From Octopus vulgaris (Eukaryota), in the NCBI GenBank assembly GCA_951406725.2, contig OX597830.1:74896001-74960000 (forward strand): 64,000 nucleotides of DNA. Direction: 5' to 3'. The notes beneath the pieces were generated by a model that worked only from the letters and a program-made list of their open reading frames with translations, was not told the DNA's origin and did not search any database. Position 1 is the first letter of the stretch, and each line of letters opens with the position of its first letter. This document shows, piece after piece, positions 26,591-40,534 of this stretch. The position numbers and the translations under genes are program-made.

Positions 26591-27793
26591 ACCTATATTG
26601 TCAATCGGAAATAAATTCATGACAAAAGATGAAAGGACTTCACTCCTTCTGGAATTCTAGGGTAATACAGCGCATTGATTCCACGGAAAATTATTCTACA
26701 ATGTAGATAAACAAATGAGAATAATGCCGGAGGAAATACTAAAATACTAAGTAGTTACGTCCCTTGATGCTCTAAGCTCAAATTTCACGAGTTGCCAAAT
26801 TTAGATTCCATCGTTCCGGTATCGTTAAAAATATATTCTCAGTATTGTGATTATCGATTCAGTGCATAATTTTGATCTGGCAGGTGGGGAAAGGTTTAAA
26901 CATCAATGACAAGTAAGCAAGAGCATTATATCTGACTGTGTATTATGAGATGCGATCTTTTGGAAATGATGCGACTTGCACTTACCAGAATTTAACATGT
27001 TTGAAAATTTTGAACAGTAAAAAGACACTCTTCTGTACCAAAATGCCTTAAGATTATAATAATAGAGTATAAAATATAAACAAATATATAAATAAATAAA
27101 TAACTCTTCTTTGGAAGTTCCTTAGACATCAAATTTTTATGATGGATGTCTCTGGCTGTGGAGGCTGTCAAGATTATCAACGAGATTTCAAATCAACGAA
27201 ATCTCTGACACAGAAAATCACAGAAAATCGTATGAAGTCTGAATAGAGTTTTAAAAAAAAACAAAACACCCAAACACAAAACAGAACACTAACAAGTAAA
27301 AATACAAAATAATAACAAATAAAATTAATAATAAATTTAAAACATTACGGTTAAAAATACAAAAACAAACCACAAAAAAACATGCAAGCCTCTAGATTTT
27401 TCTTCTGTGCTTCCTTTTAATTGGCAAGATTGAGAAATAGATGGGAAAATATGCACTAATTAAAACGGATGGGAGTGGGTGGCGGGAATGAATCTTGTTC
27501 CTCACTTCTGTTTTATTTTATTATTTCATCATTTTATATAATTCATTTTTTAGTATGAGTTTAGTGATCACGTGATATTCCCCCTCCGCCTCCAATGCCA
27601 AAGTCATTGATTATAACCCGATTTCAATCAATATATTAACTAAATTATTGACGATCCGGGTTTCCTAGTTTATTATTATATTTTCTATATTTTTTTCTGT
27701 CGTAATAGCAATACTTGTGGTAAGGGTAGGTCTTGTGGTAGCTAGGGTAGATTTATTCTTTTCTCTCTTACTGATATATATAAAGGTGTGCAC

Positions 27794-27843
<50 letters not shown>

Positions 27844-27857
27844 GCATACATCTATGA

Positions 27858-27892
<35 letters not shown>

Positions 27893-28003
27893 CATACATC
27901 TATGAATTCAGAGAAAATTGCCGTGGTCTGTGTCGACAAGACTTGCCTTATGTAGAAGAGATGAGGTGACGGTAAGAATGCTGTAAAATTGACAAGAGGA
28001 GAC

Positions 28004-28043
<40 letters not shown>

Positions 28044-28518
28044 AGTGAGAAAGAGAGAGAGATGTACAGAAAGGTGTATATACGTATGTGTATATGTAAT
28101 ATGTAAGAGTCTACCTATATGTGCAAACGTGTCTAAATCTGAATATGTGCGTATCTGTCTCTGTGTGTGAGAGTGCGTGCACGTTTGTGTGTGTGCGTAT
28201 ACGACAAATAGGACGAAAAAAAAAAGAAAGCAATAAATAAATTAAAAATTCATGCATTTTTAATGATATTACTTATTTAATTAATAATTTAATTGCTTTC
28301 TCGTTGTTTGTTTCTTCGTTTGTTTTCCTTTTATTTCATTTTATTTTAACTTGAGTTCTTATTATTGATTCTGATTAATTTCAACTATATTTTTTCTTTC
28401 CTTTTCGATTTTTTCCTTAATATTTATTCCAATTATCCGAATCAAAAACAACAACAATAAATAGATAAATCTATATATGTATGTATATATAGATATATAT
28501 GTACGTATATGTACGTAC

Positions 28519-28625
<107 letters not shown>

Positions 28626-28674
28626 ATGTGTATTATTTTATATGTGGTCATAATAATATAGAAGTATAATAGAA

Positions 28675-28705
<31 letters not shown>

Positions 28706-28819
28706 CTGTGTGCTTTGTGAAGTTGAACATTGTTCCTGCAGTCAAAATATAATTTAGTTTGATCCTTCACAAAAGGCCTCGGAAAAAAAAGCCCGGAAAA
28801 TTAACAACGGCATCACAAA

Positions 28820-28855
28820 TAATAACATTAATGATAGCAGTATTAATAACAGTCA

Positions 28856-28919
<64 letters not shown>

Positions 28920-28986
28920 AATAATGATAACAATAATAATAATAATGATAACAATAATAATAATAATGATAACAATAATAATAATG

Positions 28987-29041
<55 letters not shown>

Positions 29042-29561
29042 TGGTGATGGTGATGGTGATGATGATGATGATGATGATGATAACAACAACAGCAACAATT
29101 ACAAGAACAACTGTAACAGTAATAACAATGGAAATAGTATTAAAAAAACGATAATAATAATGGTAATAACAATATTAATAGAAATAACAACAATGGTAGT
29201 AATAATAATACTAATGATAATAACAATAGTCATAGTAATGTTAATAATACTACTAGCAATAGCGATAATAATAATGAGTCCCCCCCCCAAAAAAAAAACA
29301 ATAAATATGGTGATGAAGACGATGGGGAGGAGGAAGTGGAGGGGTGAGGAGAAAGATGAGGAAACCTACCATCAAGGACAGCAAACGTATCTTAGAAAAC
29401 TTGCGGTACTGATTACTTAACTATTATTATTAGGAATTCTTTGGATCACCGTCATTACCATGACCATCATCATCGTTATCGTCATCGTCATCTTCATCAT
29501 TATCAACATCATGATCATCACGATCAGCATGATCACCATTATCATCGTTATCATCATCAGC

Positions 29562-29592
<31 letters not shown>

Positions 29593-29610
29593 GTAGTAGT
29601 AGTAGTAGTG

Positions 29611-29644
<34 letters not shown>

Positions 29645-29689
29645 CATCATCATCATCATCATTATTATTATTATTATTATTATTACTAC

Positions 29690-29750
<61 letters not shown>

Positions 29751-29763
29751 GTTATTATTGTTA

Positions 29764-29809
<46 letters not shown>

Positions 29810-29830
29810 CATTATTATTACTATTATTAT
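28820..29830. repeat. About 1-kb trinucleotide low-complexity region, (AAT/GAT)n followed by (ATC/ATT)n
   Basis: Directly visible; source of the poly-I/poly-L pseudo-ORFs. Confidence 0.96.
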
Positions 29831-29987
29831 TGTTATATCAGTAGTCGTAGTTTGTTCGCTGTTATTGAGTGTTGTTGTTTTTGGCGGTATTTCCTCTCTC
29901 TCTCTCAACCACATCCACCCACCTTCCAAATCATCAAATAACAGCTTCTTTGTATTGTTGTTTAATTACACGGCAAGTCTTCTCCTG

Positions 29988-30018
<31 letters not shown>

Positions 30019-30035
30019 TTCCTTCTCAGTCTTTT

Positions 30036-30077
<42 letters not shown>

Positions 30078-30242
30078 TCATTACTTTTAATTTTTAAAGC
30101 ATTCCCTTTCCTATCGTGTCTGTCTCTCATCCATCGGTTCAGGTTCCATCCTTCCCTCTCTGTCTCTCTCTGTCACTGCCTATGTCTCTCTCCCTTTCTC
30201 TCACTCATACAATTTCTCGTGCATTCTCTCATTATCTTACTA

Positions 30243-30274
<32 letters not shown>

Positions 30275-30439
30275 ATTTCTCACTTTCATCCCGATTACGG
30301 TTCCTCCCCATTCACGTATTCAAGTATTTCATTAATCTTTGAGATTGAGGAAGGAAAGAAACTGCAAAAAAACAAAAGCAACAACAAATAATTTGGTCAA
30401 TAACGAAATAGAAATAGGGAAAGAAAATAATTGTGATAT

Positions 30440-30469
30440 TGATGATGATGATGATGATGATGATAATAC

Positions 30470-30533
<64 letters not shown>

Positions 30534-30567
30534 TACTATTATTATTATTATAATTATTATTATTATA

Positions 30568-30623
<56 letters not shown>

Positions 30624-30633
30624 CATTATTATT
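30440..30633. repeat. (GAT)n(ATT)n microsatellite
   Basis: Directly visible. Confidence 0.97.
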
Positions 30634-30635
30634 CA

Positions 30636-30848
30636 GGCGTTGATATGGCAGAATTGTTATTACTCCCGGATACGATGCTTGGCGGCGTTTCATCCGTCCT
30701 TACGTTCTGAGCTTAAATTCTGCTGAGGTCGATTTTGCCTTTTATCCTTTCGGGGGCGATGAAATATGTACCAGTGGAGCACAGGGGTTGATGTAATCGA
30801 ATATGCCCTTTCCTCCAAATTTCATGTCTTGTGTCTATAATAGAAAGG

Positions 30849-30900
<52 letters not shown>
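30636..30900 (+). mobile_element. SINE family B with (ATT)n tail
   Basis: ggcgttgatatggcagaattgtta...ttacgttctgag...gtcgattttgccttttatcctttcggggg...tagaaagg(att)n. Confidence 0.88.
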
Positions 30901-30902
<2 letters not shown>

Positions 30903-31105
30903 TGGCGATGAGCTGGCAGAAACGCTATCATGCCGGGACCAAATGCTTTGCGGCTTTTCGTCCGTCTTTACATTTTGTGTTCAAATGTCAGTGGGGTCGC
31001 ATTTTGGGATCGATAAAATATGTACTTTTTGAACACCGTGGTCGATGTAATAGAATTGCCTCCACCTCCAAAATTGCTGGCCTTGTGTTTAAATTTGAAA
31101 CCCAC
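30903..31105 (+). mobile_element. SINE family B, second tandem copy
   Basis: ggcgatgagctggcagaaacg...tcgataaaatatgtac...ggtcgatgtaat...aaattgctggccttgtg. Confidence 0.85.
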
Positions 31106-31129
31106 TATTTTTGCTGTTGTTGTTGCTTT

Positions 31130-31255
31130 TGGTAAGAAACTTTAGCAAGCGAGATTCCTGATCGGCATTTCTTCACGGTTTACACTCACGGAGGCCTGCT
31201 TCACCTTTCATGTGTTCAGGCTTGGTAAAATGAATACCAGTTGTGTACTGGGTAC
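31130..31255 (+). mobile_element. SINE family B, third and most degenerate tandem copy
   Basis: cacctttcatgtgttcaggcttggtaaaatgaataccagttgtgtactggg. Confidence 0.55.
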
Positions 31256-31411
31256 TCTGTGTTCATTGTGATCTGTGTTCATTGTGTGTGTGTATATGTG
31301 TGTGGTAGGGGTGAATATTGATTTATTTAAGCACAGTTTACTGTGATAGCGCCACGATTCTCTGAATCTGTATTTTACACTACCCTTTTATACACACACG
31401 CACATACACAC

Positions 31412-31461
<50 letters not shown>

Positions 31462-31574
31462 AAACACACACACATATGGGAGCCCCTTAAATTGAAATTT
31501 TGTAGAACTGAAATTCCTACGTTACATAATATAATACTAAAACATACTTCTTTCATTCTAAATGAATGGAAGTT

Positions 31575-31860
31575 GATAGTAGCGATAATAAAGATGGAGG
31601 AGATAGTTAATAAGGATGATAATGATGATGATGATGAGGAGGAGGAGGAGAAGAAGAAGGCGAAGTGGAAAAGGAAGAAAAGAAAGAATATTAGTAAGAG
31701 GATGTTGAGGAGAAGGGGAGGGGGTTGAAGAGGAGGAGGAGGAAAGGGAAGAATAGTAGTAAGAAGAGATTGAGGAGGAAGAAGAGGAAGAGGAAAAAGA
31801 AGAAGAGAAAGAATAGTAGTAAGTAGTGGTGGAGGAAGAGGAAAAGGTGGAGGTAGTGTA
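31575..31860. repeat. Purine-rich (GGA/GAA)n low-complexity tract
   Basis: Directly visible. Confidence 0.9.
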
Positions 31861-31900
31861 TTCATCGGGTCGATAATTATAGTGGTGATTATCATGGTGT

Positions 31901-32095
31901 TAAGCCCGAAATTTTGGGGGAGGGGGTCAGTCGATTAGATCGACCCCAGTACGCAACTGGTACTTAATTTATCGACCCTGAAATGATGAAAGGCAAAGTC
32001 GACCTCGGTGAAATTTGAACTCAGAACGTAAAGACAGGCGAAAGACGGCTAGACATTTCGCCCCGCGAGCTAACGTTTCTGCCAGCTCGTCGCCA
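31901..32095 (-). mobile_element. SINE family B copy
   Basis: Closely matches 3664-3876 (gtcgattagatcgaccccagtac...aaggcaaagtcgacctcgg...ctaacgtttctgccagct). Confidence 0.92.
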
Positions 32096-32959
32096 TAATG
32101 ATGTTGAATATTACGATGGTGGTACTGGTTTTGGTGGTGGTTTGTGGTGGTGGTGAGGAGTTGTTGTGGCGATGTTTGGGTTCGTAGTTGGGGTTACAAC
32201 TATCATAATGTTGATGATGGTTGTGATATGTTACTTAGAATTATGATGATGTTCACGATGATGATATGTAGGAAGATATCATTGAAGCATATTATATTGA
32301 GAATAATGGTGATGATGTTGATAAATCGAAGAATAAGCAGACGAACGTAATAGTGATTGCGATTACATTGGCGCTGATGTTGACGATAATTAGGATGATG
32401 ACGACGATTATGATGGTGAATTAAAGACCTTGTTGATTGTAATGTTGGTTTTGGTGGTGATGATGATGATGGTGATGGTGGTGGCGATGCTGCTGCTGCT
32501 GCTGCTGATGATGATGAGGATTGTGATATTTGTGGTGATTGCGGTGGTGGTAGTGAGTGTTAGATCGGTGTGGATGATGGTGGCAGTTTTTACGCTAATG
32601 ATATTTATCTTTCCCGATGATTATGGAGATGATAGCGATGCTCATTTTGATAATGAGGATCAGGATGAAAGCCTCTGTAACTACTGCTAACTCATTGTGT
32701 TTTGGCTGGATCTTGCTTTTTTATGACATCAAATACAAAAAAAAGTATTTTCACATCTTGCAAATTAATTGGGATTTTAACACTCAAATACAAGGAACAC
32801 CAAAAATGTTGAAGCACCTAATAGATAATGGTTGTATTGTTCGACACACTGATTAACTAGCTTTCCCTCTGAACTGAGATTGTTCCTCAAAATTAGGAAC
32901 AATTCAATCTCAGAATATATTTTCGCCATATTTTTCCTAATGAAATAACTATCCTTTAT

Positions 32960-34750
32960 TTTTCTATTTAGCACAACATTCTAGCGTTTATTGTATTTAA
33001 AAATTTAATGTAGCATTCCATAAAACGTCCTTCTATATTTCAGCAACATATATAATATTCTTTATATTTTAACATGTCATGTAGTATTTCATATGTTTCA
33101 CTTTTCCATTAAGTACTCCTTAAATCTTTCTCTTTTAGTATTACTGATATTTAGCCATCTATGGATTTTCAAATTCTATATAGATTTCGTTATATCTTTG
33201 CATTTCATATAACATTTATATTTTAGCATTCCATGTTGCATTCTGTCTATTTAAGCATTACTTAGGGTATCGATTAGAGTTCTGTCTTTTAGATTTTCTG
33301 ATATTCAGCAAAATATATCGTTGAAAATTCAATATGGCCTCCATCATATTTTGGCTTTCCACATAGCATTCTGTATGTTTTAGCATTCCGTGTCGCATTC
33401 CATACATTTTAGCATTCCACGTATCCTTCCTTATAATTTAGTATTCTATGTCACATTCCCTATATTTTAGCCATCCTCTAAGATGTATTCAGAGCTCCCT
33501 CATTTAGTAGTCGTGATATATGCATACTTTCTTATTTTAAATCCCAAACAGATTCATTTTAATTTAACCATCTCTGTGGGATCTTTTCAAAGGATCTTTT
33601 TTAGCATTCCTAATATTTAACAGTCTTTGCATATTAAATGCCGGAGAAGTTTTCCTCATTTTAGTATTCCTAATATTTTACATTCCAAATATTTTAATAT
33701 ACTACGTAACATTCGTCACATTCTGATCTTCCATTTGGAATCTACCACAATTTTTAGTACTCTACTTACTATGCTCATTACTTTAACGTTTCTATATAGC
33801 ATTGAACTGGCAGAAACATTAGCACGCCGGGCGAAATGCGTAGACGTATTTCGTCAGCCATTACGTTCTGAGTTCAAATTTCGCCGAGGTCGACTTGGCC
33901 TTTCATCCTTTCAGGGTCGATAAATTAAGTACCAGTTACGCACTGGGTTCGATGTAATCGACTTGATCTGTTTGTCTGTCCTTGTTTGTCCTCTCTGTGT
34001 TTAGTCCCTTGTGGGCAATAAAGAAATAGGTATTTCGTCTGTCTTTATGTTCTGAGTTCAAATTTTCCCAAGGTGGACTTTGCCTTTCATTCTTTCGGAG
34101 TCGATAAATTAAGTACCAGTTACGCACTGGGGTCGATGTAATCGACTTGATCTGCTTGTCTGTCCTTGTTTGTGTCCTCTGTGTTTAGCCCCTTATGGAT
34201 AGTAAAGAAATATATATAGCATTGCTCATATTTAAACACTCCTTAAATCGATTATAATATTGGCAATACGTTGCAATGTTTGCATCATAAAATTCCATGT
34301 ATATTCCTTCAATTTGCTTTCAAGTATTCTTAATATTTAGCATTCCCTATATTTCAGAATTTTAGTTACCATTCTCTAAATATTAGCATTTATTTCATAA
34401 ATCACTTCTTAGTATATCATATATTTAGAATTTTATTCTTTTCAAAATTCCAAATAACTTCTTTAATAAATAATGCACTTTAAAATATTCATGTTATCAG
34501 TAATTCACCCACCATATCATTCTCCATATATTTTGACGTGCCATTTAGAATTCATTAAGACTTTATTTTGCATTCTAAATATTTAGCATTTCCATTTCCC
34601 AATGACATATAACATTTCATTTAGCATTGCAGTTAACATATCATCTTATATTACTTTCCCTATAGTTTAGCATTCTATTTAGTATACCGCGAATTCCACA
34701 ATTTGCTATTCCATTTAAGAATACAGTTATTTAATATTCCCAGCACTTTT
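32960..34750. repeat. Decayed ~29-bp minisatellite (ttttagcattccatgtcgcattccatata-like), interrupted by a SINE
   Basis: Unit starts at 33378, 33407, 33436 and 33465 give a 29-bp period; the tagcatt motif recurs across the region. Confidence 0.7.
33805..34212 (+). mobile_element. SINE family B with internal tandem duplication and 12-bp TSD
   Basis: Body repeated at 33846-34029 and 34030-34212; flanked by tatatagcattg at 33793-33804 and 34213-34224. Confidence 0.92.
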
Positions 34751-35697
34751 GTATGCTACACAATCTGTTTTACACTTGGGTAGTCTGAATTTTGATAAAA
34801 GCCAGGTTTGTTCATAGACGATGATATTACATTGCTGTATAATATTCTTATTCTGAAATTCATAAAGAATCTCGACAATATGGTAGATAACAATACTCAA
34901 ACAACACCAAACCTAACTAAAATTAAAAACGATACGAAATGAACTTTACCTATTTAATATATTGGAACAAGCGAGATAAATGTTAGGGTTTAATAAAGGC
35001 TAAATTTTTCACGATATTTGATGTTCCGTTGCCATTTCAGCTAAAATTAATAAATTAAATACATCGACTCAGAGCAGCAGAGTGGCCAAACTGCACTGAC
35101 TGGAAACGGGGAAAAAATAAAATTATATCCATCTAATATGAATCCTTCTTGCCACTACCAGTATTCGTGTGCACCAATCCATCAATGTTTTGATTGAGCA
35201 TAGAAAATATTGCGTAGACGACCTTATTAACAAATGCACCTCCGTGTACAACACACATACATACACAGGCGCACACACTGATAGACTCTCAAACACACAA
35301 ATCCTGTTATTTTCACAAACATTTCGTACTCATTTTTTCCCCCTCTTCCTATTTCATTATCGACCTCATAACGTTTCCTTCACTCAATCATCATATTTCT
35401 AGTCCTTTTGTAGGAAACGCAATTCCCTTTTCCTTTTAGGTTTTTCAAAGCCCAAAGCCTCTCCGCAGGGAGCCACAAACGCTCCCGCCTTTCCGCTGCA
35501 TTACTCATTAAAGATGAACTTATCCATGTCCTGGTCCCAAAGGGTTTCCCTGCTTATTGTCAAATATGAGTTGCGTTTCAAGTCCTGCTATGCATTGTTC
35601 CAGGGAAAGACAACTACAACTGCCTAACATAGTTATTGTATACACATACATACACACAGACACAAACACGCACACACAGACACTCATATATACATAC

Positions 35698-35762
<65 letters not shown>

Positions 35763-36229
35763 CGAATAAATATATAAATAAAAGGCAAAATATTTTGGAT
35801 AGAATGCATACAAAACCTTAGAAATTTGCAGGTTAAAGAGTGGCACATGAAAAAGGAGGTGCATGCGATAGTCAATATTCTTCTAAGGGTCAGTTTGTCT
35901 GAAACTCGTTTCTTCTCAACACATTCATCTGTAAAGGATATTAGCAGGAGAGTGACCAATTATCCCAATTTAAATAACCAACCAGAACAAGGTCCTGGGC
36001 AGTATGAGTCAGTTGTGTATTCTTCGCTTTATAGGAGGAAGCATGTGAACTTGCGTGACCACACATATAAATGGATTGAATGTGAACCTTTATATATACG
36101 TGTATGTGTGTTTGTGAACGTATACGTATGACAGGATGTATGTGTGTGAGTGGGTGTGTGCGCCTGTGTGCGTGTGTGTTTTTGTATGCAAATATATATA
36201 ATCCATATATATATATGTATATACATATA

Positions 36230-36326
<97 letters not shown>

Positions 36327-37359
36327 ATGTATTCGTACACATGTATACATGTGTGTATATATTCATGAATACACACATCCACATGCACACGCGCGCGCTC
36401 ACATATACGTGCGTTTTGGTGCGTGTTGGTGTGCGCCATACCATACCTGATTCAAAGAAATACTTTGCCTTAGATCTATTGTTAAACCGCGATAATGAAT
36501 AAATCTACAGAAATTAGGTGACAGGATTCGGGCACCATCACTCAGCAATCGCATACCTCAGATATGCCATTACTCACAAACTCACTATCGTCATCATGGC
36601 GATTTCTAAGCCTCAGATGAATTCAGCATACTTTCCCGCTGTCGTATATTGTCATTTACAGTTCTCTCCAAAAGAGTATCTAACCACTTTTATGAGTATT
36701 AATTTTAAAGAAACGGTGGCGTGTTTAAGAGTATTTGCTTTGCAAATGTAACACTGTTCCTATGGTTGACCAAGAGACATTCTCAATACAGCCGGTTGTC
36801 TTTAGTATTTTGCAAGTAGCAGAAGGCTTTTTGACTGCGAAGATGAGTCGATAGGATAGCGGAGACAGAAAGAGAGGATTTGTTTGAATTTTTTAATCAT
36901 TTCAGACGAAGCCTTCGATCCTTCACTCAAATATCTACGCACATTATTCATATGGGTGTGTATGTTTCTGTATAAATATATACAGGGATTTATTTTTCTG
37001 TGTGTGTGTGTGTCTATGTGTGATATGATATACGATATGTAACTCTTATGAAGGTAAAGATTTCGTATTTGTATTTCGAATATAGATTTTGAACGATTTA
37101 ATTTTGCCTCTTATTCTGAAATTTCACAAGACTTTCAAAATAATACGAAAGGCAGAGAGAACTTACTAAGTTTCACGCATTTGCTCAGGGTCTAACATTA
37201 ATGGCTGCTTTTTAGATATTGTTGAATATAAAATATTATTTCGGTCGATGAGGCGTTGTCAGTCGAAACAGCTGAAACTGTGTCCGCACTGCAATGCACC
37301 AGCTATACCATCTCCATTGCCCCAGATTTGATTGAATCGCGTAAATGAATATATGCCAT

Positions 37360-37660
37360 CAGCCAGGTACCTTCGTGATGTCGACTCGTCAACTTACCAA
37401 ATTACTCCAGTCTCCTGTGCGATGAGCTGCATACATACAGACAACCAGTTCTAGTTAATTTTTTTTTTTACTTTAACTCAAAAAGCGTCTTTGACGACCT
37501 GTTGCCCTTCTCTTTATCACATTCCCAGTCTTGATGGTCATGGACATGATCGCCTGGTGTATTGTAGGTCAAAATTGTAAGAGCTTTGCGAACTTGATTC
37601 TCGAGTATAGATAACTTTTCCTGTAGCTGTTCAGAAATGTTTCTGGTTAGAGATTTATGG
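37360..37660 (-). pseudogene. Possible decayed RTE-clade LINE 3' coding end
   Basis: Minus-strand fragments ENQVRKAL...HDHQDW and YVCSSSHRR loosely recall the RTE C-terminus. Heavily mutated. Confidence 0.3.
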
Positions 37661-38775
37661 TGTAAAAGCAGGGGAACAGATCAACTGAGAAATTTCATAC
37701 AATATAGGTGATAACACCATTTTCGTTATTGGTATTTTTTTCCTCAGGAAATTTACTCAGACCAAAACTTTTGTAAGGTAAAGCAGGAACAACAAACGCA
37801 ACAATAACAATAACAACAACAACAACAACTTGGGATTCGCGAACAAAGAAGATACTCCCTTGATGTTCAGTTTACTAGAAATAGCAGCAAAATATCCCCG
37901 ATTTCACACAAGCTAACATTGAAATATGGACTCGCATATTGCATAATTCACGAGAGAATGTAGAAACCTAGAGTGAAAGAGAGTAGTAGTAGTAGTATGC
38001 AAATAGGGGGAGGTGGGAATGGGGGAGAGAAAGTAATTATTTCTTTAAGTGATGGCATGAAGTTTTGCTGTTCGTTACCCTACGATGGTTTTTTTGGTGT
38101 TCACGAAAATTTCGTATCAGTTCTCCTCACATTAGTTTCTACCATCATCGCATCCGCCTCTACTAACACAGCCACCATCACCTCCACCAACACCACCGCC
38201 ACCATCTAATCACTACCATCATCAATCATCAACAACAGCAGCAGTAGCAGCATGTCCTCACCACACACACACACACACCACCACCACCACCTCTAGCTCC
38301 ATAGAGGAATATAACCGCGTCCATTACTGCATGCAGATGCAAACCTGTGCACGGAAGCTGATGCAGAGAATAGAGACAACAGGAAAATGCTACAATAAAC
38401 ACACTTCTGCGCAGCCGGAACTATCATGCCGTGGTGTAGGTTGATGAACGCATGCGCACAATCATGGAAACATACTTGCATATACCTAAGTGGCATGTGA
38501 TCATACATATATAAGTTTTGGAAATATATGCAAGATAATATGCATGCATATCCATACATGTATATATATATATATACATACATACATACATACATATATA
38601 TATATACATATATATGCACATATATATATACATGTATATATGTATGTATGTATATGCATATATTTTATGAATGCAAGCATTTATATACAGTGTAATTACA
38701 TAAAGATGTATATTCTGTTCTATAGAGATTCGGTGCACAAGCCTTCATAAATACTTATATTACACACACACATAT

Positions 38776-38819
<44 letters not shown>

Positions 38820-39099
38820 CAAAAACAACAACAGCAATAACCACTGCACAACAGTCACTCATCCGCAACGACAAACAAACGCAAATAGTCAAACACTCAC
38901 GGGGTAGACATACATACGTACATACATAATACATACATACACACATACATACACATACATACATACATACATACATGCATAAATGCGCATATACACATTT
39001 ATATACATACATACTTCTACTCTTTCACGAGCTCATGCACATATACACATCCGCATCAATACAATCACAGTAAAAAAAAATTAAGGAGTTACATGGACG

Positions 39100-39139
<40 letters not shown>

Positions 39140-40042
39140 CACGTACATACACTCACTAATACGTCGTAATACTCACACAAACAGCATATAGTCATATATA
39201 TATATATATACAAGCATTTGAATCAGCCAAAGCAATTACACTCATGCACACAGCGATAGAAACAGAGACTCACTCACAATTAGACACGCTTAGAAACACA
39301 CACACACACACACAGACACACATATATACATACATACAGGCGAACACACATACGCAAACACACACATAATTCACTCACACACGCATACATACACGGATCG
39401 ACGAGCATTTGCACTAGTCAATACTCACACACGTTCCACAATGAAGGACGCAACTCCCTTCCTTACTTGCTCTCCTACTTACTCTCCTCTCTCTCACTCT
39501 CACTCATACCTACATACTCTATCTCTCCCTCTCTGGCTCTGTCTTCCCGCCTCCTACTCGTCGGTTGGTGTATTGGATTACGACTTAACAGACTGTGAAC
39601 GGCGCGGACAATCGATCGTATTTTCATTACATATCGGCCAAAGGCACTCAGTGTTGTGTTTGATGTGTCAGCCGTTTTTCCTTTTGAGGATCGGCAGCAA
39701 AAACAAGCCGAGTGTGTCATCCGCTGGTAGCACTGCACGGTAGAGCAATTGTATTAGAATAGAGGCGGCGGTGCGAGGAGAGAGAGAAAGGGTTAGAGTA
39801 GAAATAAGAGTAAGGCGGGAGACAGAGGGCGTGAGTGTGTTTGTGTGTAGTAGTAGCCTTGTAGGACTATAGAGAAGAGAATACAATAGAATATGATAGA
39901 ATACAATACGATGTAATGCAAATAGTGTGGACATAGACTATATTGTAATGTGGTGTAGTGACTGTGGATAGGAGGATAGACAAGGATCGGAGTACAGTAT
40001 ATACGTGTGTCTGTATTGATGTTTGTTTCTATGTCAAATCGT

Positions 40043-40109
<67 letters not shown>

Positions 40110-40334
40110 CAATTTAACATTAAGCTGAAGGATTACTGGATTGTTTTAGTAAAGTACGTTTATTAAACTATTTCCAAGACTTCGAAGTTCCGGCTATCGT
40201 TAGAAATTATGATCACCATCACGACATTTTGTTTTTTATTGTTTTTCCTTCATCTTTTTCGGTAAATATGAGCACAAAGTTTCCGTGTGATGCCCTGCTT
40301 ATCTTATGACCACGTGCCAAGCATAAGAAATTGT

Positions 40335-40432
40335 CATCATCATCATCATCATCATCATCACTACCACCACCATCATCATCATCATCATCATCCACATCTT
40401 CATCATCATCATCTTCATCATTATTATTATTA

Positions 40433-40485
<53 letters not shown>

Positions 40486-40534
40486 TATTATTATTATTAT
40501 TATTCATCATTATTATTATTATTATTATTATTAT

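Noticed and set aside
26986-27032. Minus-strand 47-nt micro-exon with GTAAGT donor
   Set aside because: Weak acceptor, uninformative peptide and no partner exons.
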